Shown: positions 58,961-64,000 of the stretch, in pieces
Numbering within the stretch: position 1 is the first letter of the stretch
Layout of the letters: the number at the start of each line of letters is the position of its first letter
Source of the DNA: the human T2T-CHM13v2.0 reference genome, Homo sapiens
Direction: 5' to 3' (one strand)
DNA length: 64,000 nt
NCBI RefSeq assembly: GCF_009914755.1
Contig: NC_060926.1
Notes under the pieces: generated by a model
Seen by the model: only the letters and a program-made list of their open reading frames with translations
Databases searched by the model: none
Told to the model about the DNA's origin: nothing
Program-made: the position numbers and the translations under genes

Positions 58961-59583
58961 GCATTCTGTAGTCCTCTTGTGGATTTCTGCACTGGGTTGA
59001 CACATCAGTGACAAAGCAGAAATGTGAGTTGGATTAAAAGAAAAGGAGACAGAGTACAAAGACTGAAATGAGCCCAGGAAGCTTCCATACTCATTCCAAC
59101 ATGAGCAGCTTTTCTTTTTAGTAACATCTACCCGTGCATTTATCCTTCCAGAAGGTTTGATGGCTTAGCTAAGTGTGTGTTGGCCTCTCCACTTGAGTCT
59201 CAGATTTGAGAGAGGCCTTTTTTTACTGACTCCTGTGTGATAGGCTTGATCACTTCCCTTGAGGGAGCTAGAGAAAGGTGCTGCTTCGATGGACATCAGC
59301 TGATCACAGAAAAGCTGTATGTCTGCTGTGAGAGCTAGATGTGTTGTCATCATGGAGCAAGTACAAGCAGTTGGTGGGGAGGAGGGAGCCAGCAGTGCTG
59401 CTTGTTGGATGCTGTCGATCAAAGCCTTAGGACTGTCCTCCAGGACGAACTATGAGAAGTGAAAAGCTCGCAAATGGAACTGATCTAGAAGGCCCCAAGC
59501 TTAGCTGGATCCTCAGGTTACTGAATTTTAGGATTTGCTCAGTCTTCAGGTTAATCATAGTTGTGCTGTTTGTTTCCAGATTA

Positions 59584-59900
<317 letters not shown>

Positions 59901-60489
59901 ATAATTCGAAACTAGCTACTTCACTAACAATAACAACAACAAAGTGGTTGCTTATATTAAGTAGATCACATTGCCAGTTTTCCACCTCACTCTTGCTACA
60001 CAGACAGCTGTTTTAGTGTTGGCTGGCTATAGGCTTTCTAAAGTCTGACAAATTCAACAGGCCCAGTTCTGACAGAAGCAACTGCAGGGAACCAAGCCTT
60101 TGTTCAAAAGAAATGTGATAAAACAAAATGACCATAGATATGCAAGTATAGTGTAGTACTCTTCCTTTTCCAGACAGAACTCTTGTTTAGCCAATGCTTT
60201 TATGGAGGCCCAAAGGATGAAGGAGGCCTTTCCTCCTATGAAATAAACTCATTTGATTTATACAGAAAGCACTAAAGAATAGGAAATGATATGCTTCTTA
60301 ATAACGTTTATAACGTGTTTAGAGAATACTTTACCTAGAATAAACTATTAATTTAAAGTTTGGGGATGCTTTTTTAGATTAACACTTTAGCTACTATAAA
60401 TGCCACTTTGGGCATTCTGCAGCACTTCATTGAGTGACGTCAATAATGTAGCAGAAGTGCTATAATTTTCAGATAAGCATTATAATCTA

Positions 60490-60610
60490 TTTTTTTAAAC
60501 TTTTATTTTAAGTTCAGAGGTACATGTGCAGGTTTGTTTTACAGATAAATTGCATGTCACGGAGGTCTGGTGTACAGATTATTTCATCACCCAGTTAATA
60601 ACCATAGTAC
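60490..60610 (-). mobile_element. Short L1PA/L1PB 3' terminus
   Basis: ttttattttaagttcagaggtacatgtgcaggtttgtt...tacagattatttcatcaccca. Confidence 0.85.
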
Positions 60611-61161
60611 TATAATATTATTAAGGGAACATAAGAACCTTGGGATCTCATCATTAGTGTTCTTGTCTTGTACGTCCTTCTCCTAAAAATTATTCTCACC
60701 ACCTTTCCAATGAATTTCTCTCTAGTCTATGAAGTCCCCCTACTCACTATTCTTCCAGAATGAGTGAATGAAACCCCACCATTCTGAGCTTAAAGCATTG
60801 ATGCTAAAATGTACTCTGGAAGAGATAAGAATATGTCTTGGATTCCAGAACTGTCCTACAAAACTATATTCAAAAGACCATGCATTTCTAGGTTTCAGGT
60901 AAACTTGGAGACTGAACAATGCACTCCTTTAAGAAACCTCACTAAACCTCTACATAGGGATGTTTTTTAAGGCATAAACCCACGTGAATGACACATTGGC
61001 CATTTTAAGGGGCAGCATGCAATAGCAATAAAATTTTGGAAGCTGGAAGGCAAATGCATTGACTTAGCAGATATGAGAAAGCCAGCAGTTGGCAAAGCTG
61101 AGAATCAACCCAATTTAAACTTCTGGAGCCTTGAAGGCTCGGAAATCGGTGGCATCAGATG

Positions 61162-61728
<567 letters not shown>

Positions 61729-63424
61729 TACTTCTAAAAGAAGGAGTTGAAGGGGATGAAACTAAGGAGAATTGATTGAAAGTTGTTTAAGAAGTAGTTA
61801 TATCCCCATTTCAGGTGACTGGGCAACTCTTCTCCCTCTACTCCAACAAAAAACTGGAGGTTTATTCTTTGGAGAGGGTTAAACTGGGGATTTTGGGCTT
61901 GGGAGACACCAGGTACAGTTGAAAGCAGAGAATACGAAAAGCCAGGTGGAGTGACTAAGTGAACATATGCAGACTGAATGATGAGCCCCACACCCTCACC
62001 CCACTCACCTACACTCAGCCTTCTTTACTTCCAGAATTACCAGATACCTGAGGGAAGCTTTTAATGTGACAGATAACAAAACCAAGAAACAGAAAAAAAC
62101 AACTTGAAAAAAACAGACTTTATAAAGATGAGAAAACTTAAAAGAAACTATAATTAATACTTTCAAATAATTAAGACATTGCATTCATGAAACAGGAATA
62201 GGATGCTTATAAAAGAAACATTCAGAGAATGACCATCAATAACAATAGCATATATTAAAAGAACAATAAAAAGGTTAGAAGATAAAGTTGAGGACATTTC
62301 CAAGAAAGTAGAAAACAATAAGAGATGCAAAGCAAGAAAGAAAAGATTTTTTAAAATAAAAGGATGAGTTCAGGAGATTCAACATCCAAATAATAACAGT
62401 TGCAGAAGAAGAGAACAGAGAAATATGGAGTAAGGAAATAATCGATGATACTTTGTAAGAAACTTTCCAAGAACTGAAGAACATGGAGTTTCTGGATTGA
62501 AATTACCCACTGAATCATGCAAGTTCTTAAACATTTACCTCTCCTACCCCCTTTTTCAAGAAACTACTGGAGGACGTGTTACACTAAAATGAGGGAATAA
62601 ACCAAGAAAGAGGAAGACAATGGGTAGAGGAAACAAGAGATGGAACCCAGGAGAAAGGCAAAAGGAGCCTGGGATGATAGTGAAGATTAGGCTGTCAGCT
62701 GTGTACCAAGCATAGAGGGCATTCAGTCCAGACTAAGGCAGGTTAGAAGATACCAGGAGAGATTTCCTCATAAGGTTGATAGAACACCCATTGTGAATGA
62801 ATGTATTGAGAGGAGAAATTGACAACTGAAGTTTGAGGTTGCCTAAAAATCTTAGCAAATGAGGGGGGAAAAGACCTTTATAAACTCCAGAGAAAACAAA
62901 AATGTGTGCATGAAAGAAAAAACAATCATAGTTTACTACATAGCTGTTTTATTTCCTAGTCATAATAAAATCAACTGGGGAGTGATCTTACCAAAATTTT
63001 AACATTATAACTATTATTGTAATATTAAAATATAATATTAAGCAGATGGCGTGGGGTGGATAAGGGGCACACATATGTGATGTGGGAAGAGGAATAGAGA
63101 TAAAAGCAAAAAATGCTAATTTTGCACAGTGAGGGGTCAGTAGATTTTGCTTGAAACTGAAAAATCAAGAAGCAACAATACAAACTTATTATGTAGAAAT
63201 ATAAACACAATTACCAGAAGAGTTAGCTAAAAGAGTTGAAAGTAATAGTTTCTGGGGAAGCAGAAATACTGGGGAAAGGGGCTTGGTGCTACTGTTTGTC
63301 TTAGCCATTCTAATAGATCCCAATGGCTCTTTAAACTATGTGTCTCTATAACTAATTTGAAAAGAAAATCTTTTTGAAAGGCCATTTTATTCCCACAAAT
63401 AAGAATGAGAAAACTTTAAAAAGT

Positions 63425-63708
63425 AGCAGCTTTATTGAGATATAATTCACATACCATACAATTCATCCAGTGGTAGTTAGTGTATTCACACACTTGTGCA
63501 ACTGTCACCACAATTTTAGAATATTTTGTCACCTCCAAAAGAAACCTTATACTCATTGGCAGTCATGCTCCATTTACACCTAACCATTGTTGCCCTGGGC
63601 AGTTACCATGCCACACTCCATCTTTATGAATATACCTATTCTGGATATTTCATATAAATAAAAACATACAACATGTGGTCCTTTGTAACTGGTTTCTTTC
63701 ACTCAGTA
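63425..63708 (-). mobile_element. L1MA/L1MB 3' end
   Basis: agctttattgagatataattcacataccatacaattc...ctattctggatatttcatataaat. Confidence 0.85.
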
Positions 63709-64000
63709 CAGGCATACCTTGGAGATATTGAGGGTTTGGTTCCAGACCACTGCAATTAAGTGAATATCACAATAAAGTAAGTCACACAAATTCTTTGCTT
63801 TCCTGGTGCATATAAAAGTTTGCACTATACTGTAGCTTAAGTGTGCAATAGCATTATGTCTAAAAAGATGCACATACCTTACTAAAAATACTTTATTGCT
63901 AAAAAATACTAATGATTATCTGAGCTTTCTGTGAGTTGTCATCTTTTTGCTGGCAGAGGGTCTTGCCTTGATGATGGCTGCTAACTGATGGTTAGCAGGG
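63709..64000 (+). mobile_element. Tigger1 5' end (continues beyond the window)
   Basis: TA|caggcataccttggagatattgagggtttggttccagaccactgcaat matches the Tigger1 terminus. Confidence 0.92.

Overview
Primate (most likely human) genomic DNA with no supportable protein-coding exon or structural RNA gene. It reads as a large intron or intergenic interval, and the host gene could not be identified from sequence alone. Much of it is interspersed repeat: about 25 Alu elements or fragments (J, S and Y types), many MIR and L2 relics, old L1M pieces, CR1/L3 relics, a MaLR LTR, DNA transposons (Tigger13a-like, Tigger1, MER2, Charlie1-like, MER5, MER20) and a near-complete HAL1. Several long repeat-free blocks (about 1.9-3.0, 3.5-4.6, 9.0-10.4, 20.5-23.8, 43.4-48.6 and 52.8-54.5 kb) carry homeodomain, PBX/MEIS, TCF and HOX13-type motifs and look like developmental-enhancer DNA (inference). 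The best-supported unusual feature is a 538-bp insertion at 42839-43376. It consists of a 5'-truncated Alu, 332 bp of unique sequence and a poly(A), all enclosed by a perfect 15-bp target-site duplication, which points to a retrocopied Pol II transcript end or a transduction. Other leads are a T-shaped three-way-junction palindrome at 53079-53161, a candidate 18-nt microexon whose donor site was duplicated by an Alu insertion (26597-26872), and an apparently recent deletion junction fusing an AluY left arm to a Tigger (12437). Repeat family names come from recalled consensus similarity, and old-repeat boundaries are approximate.
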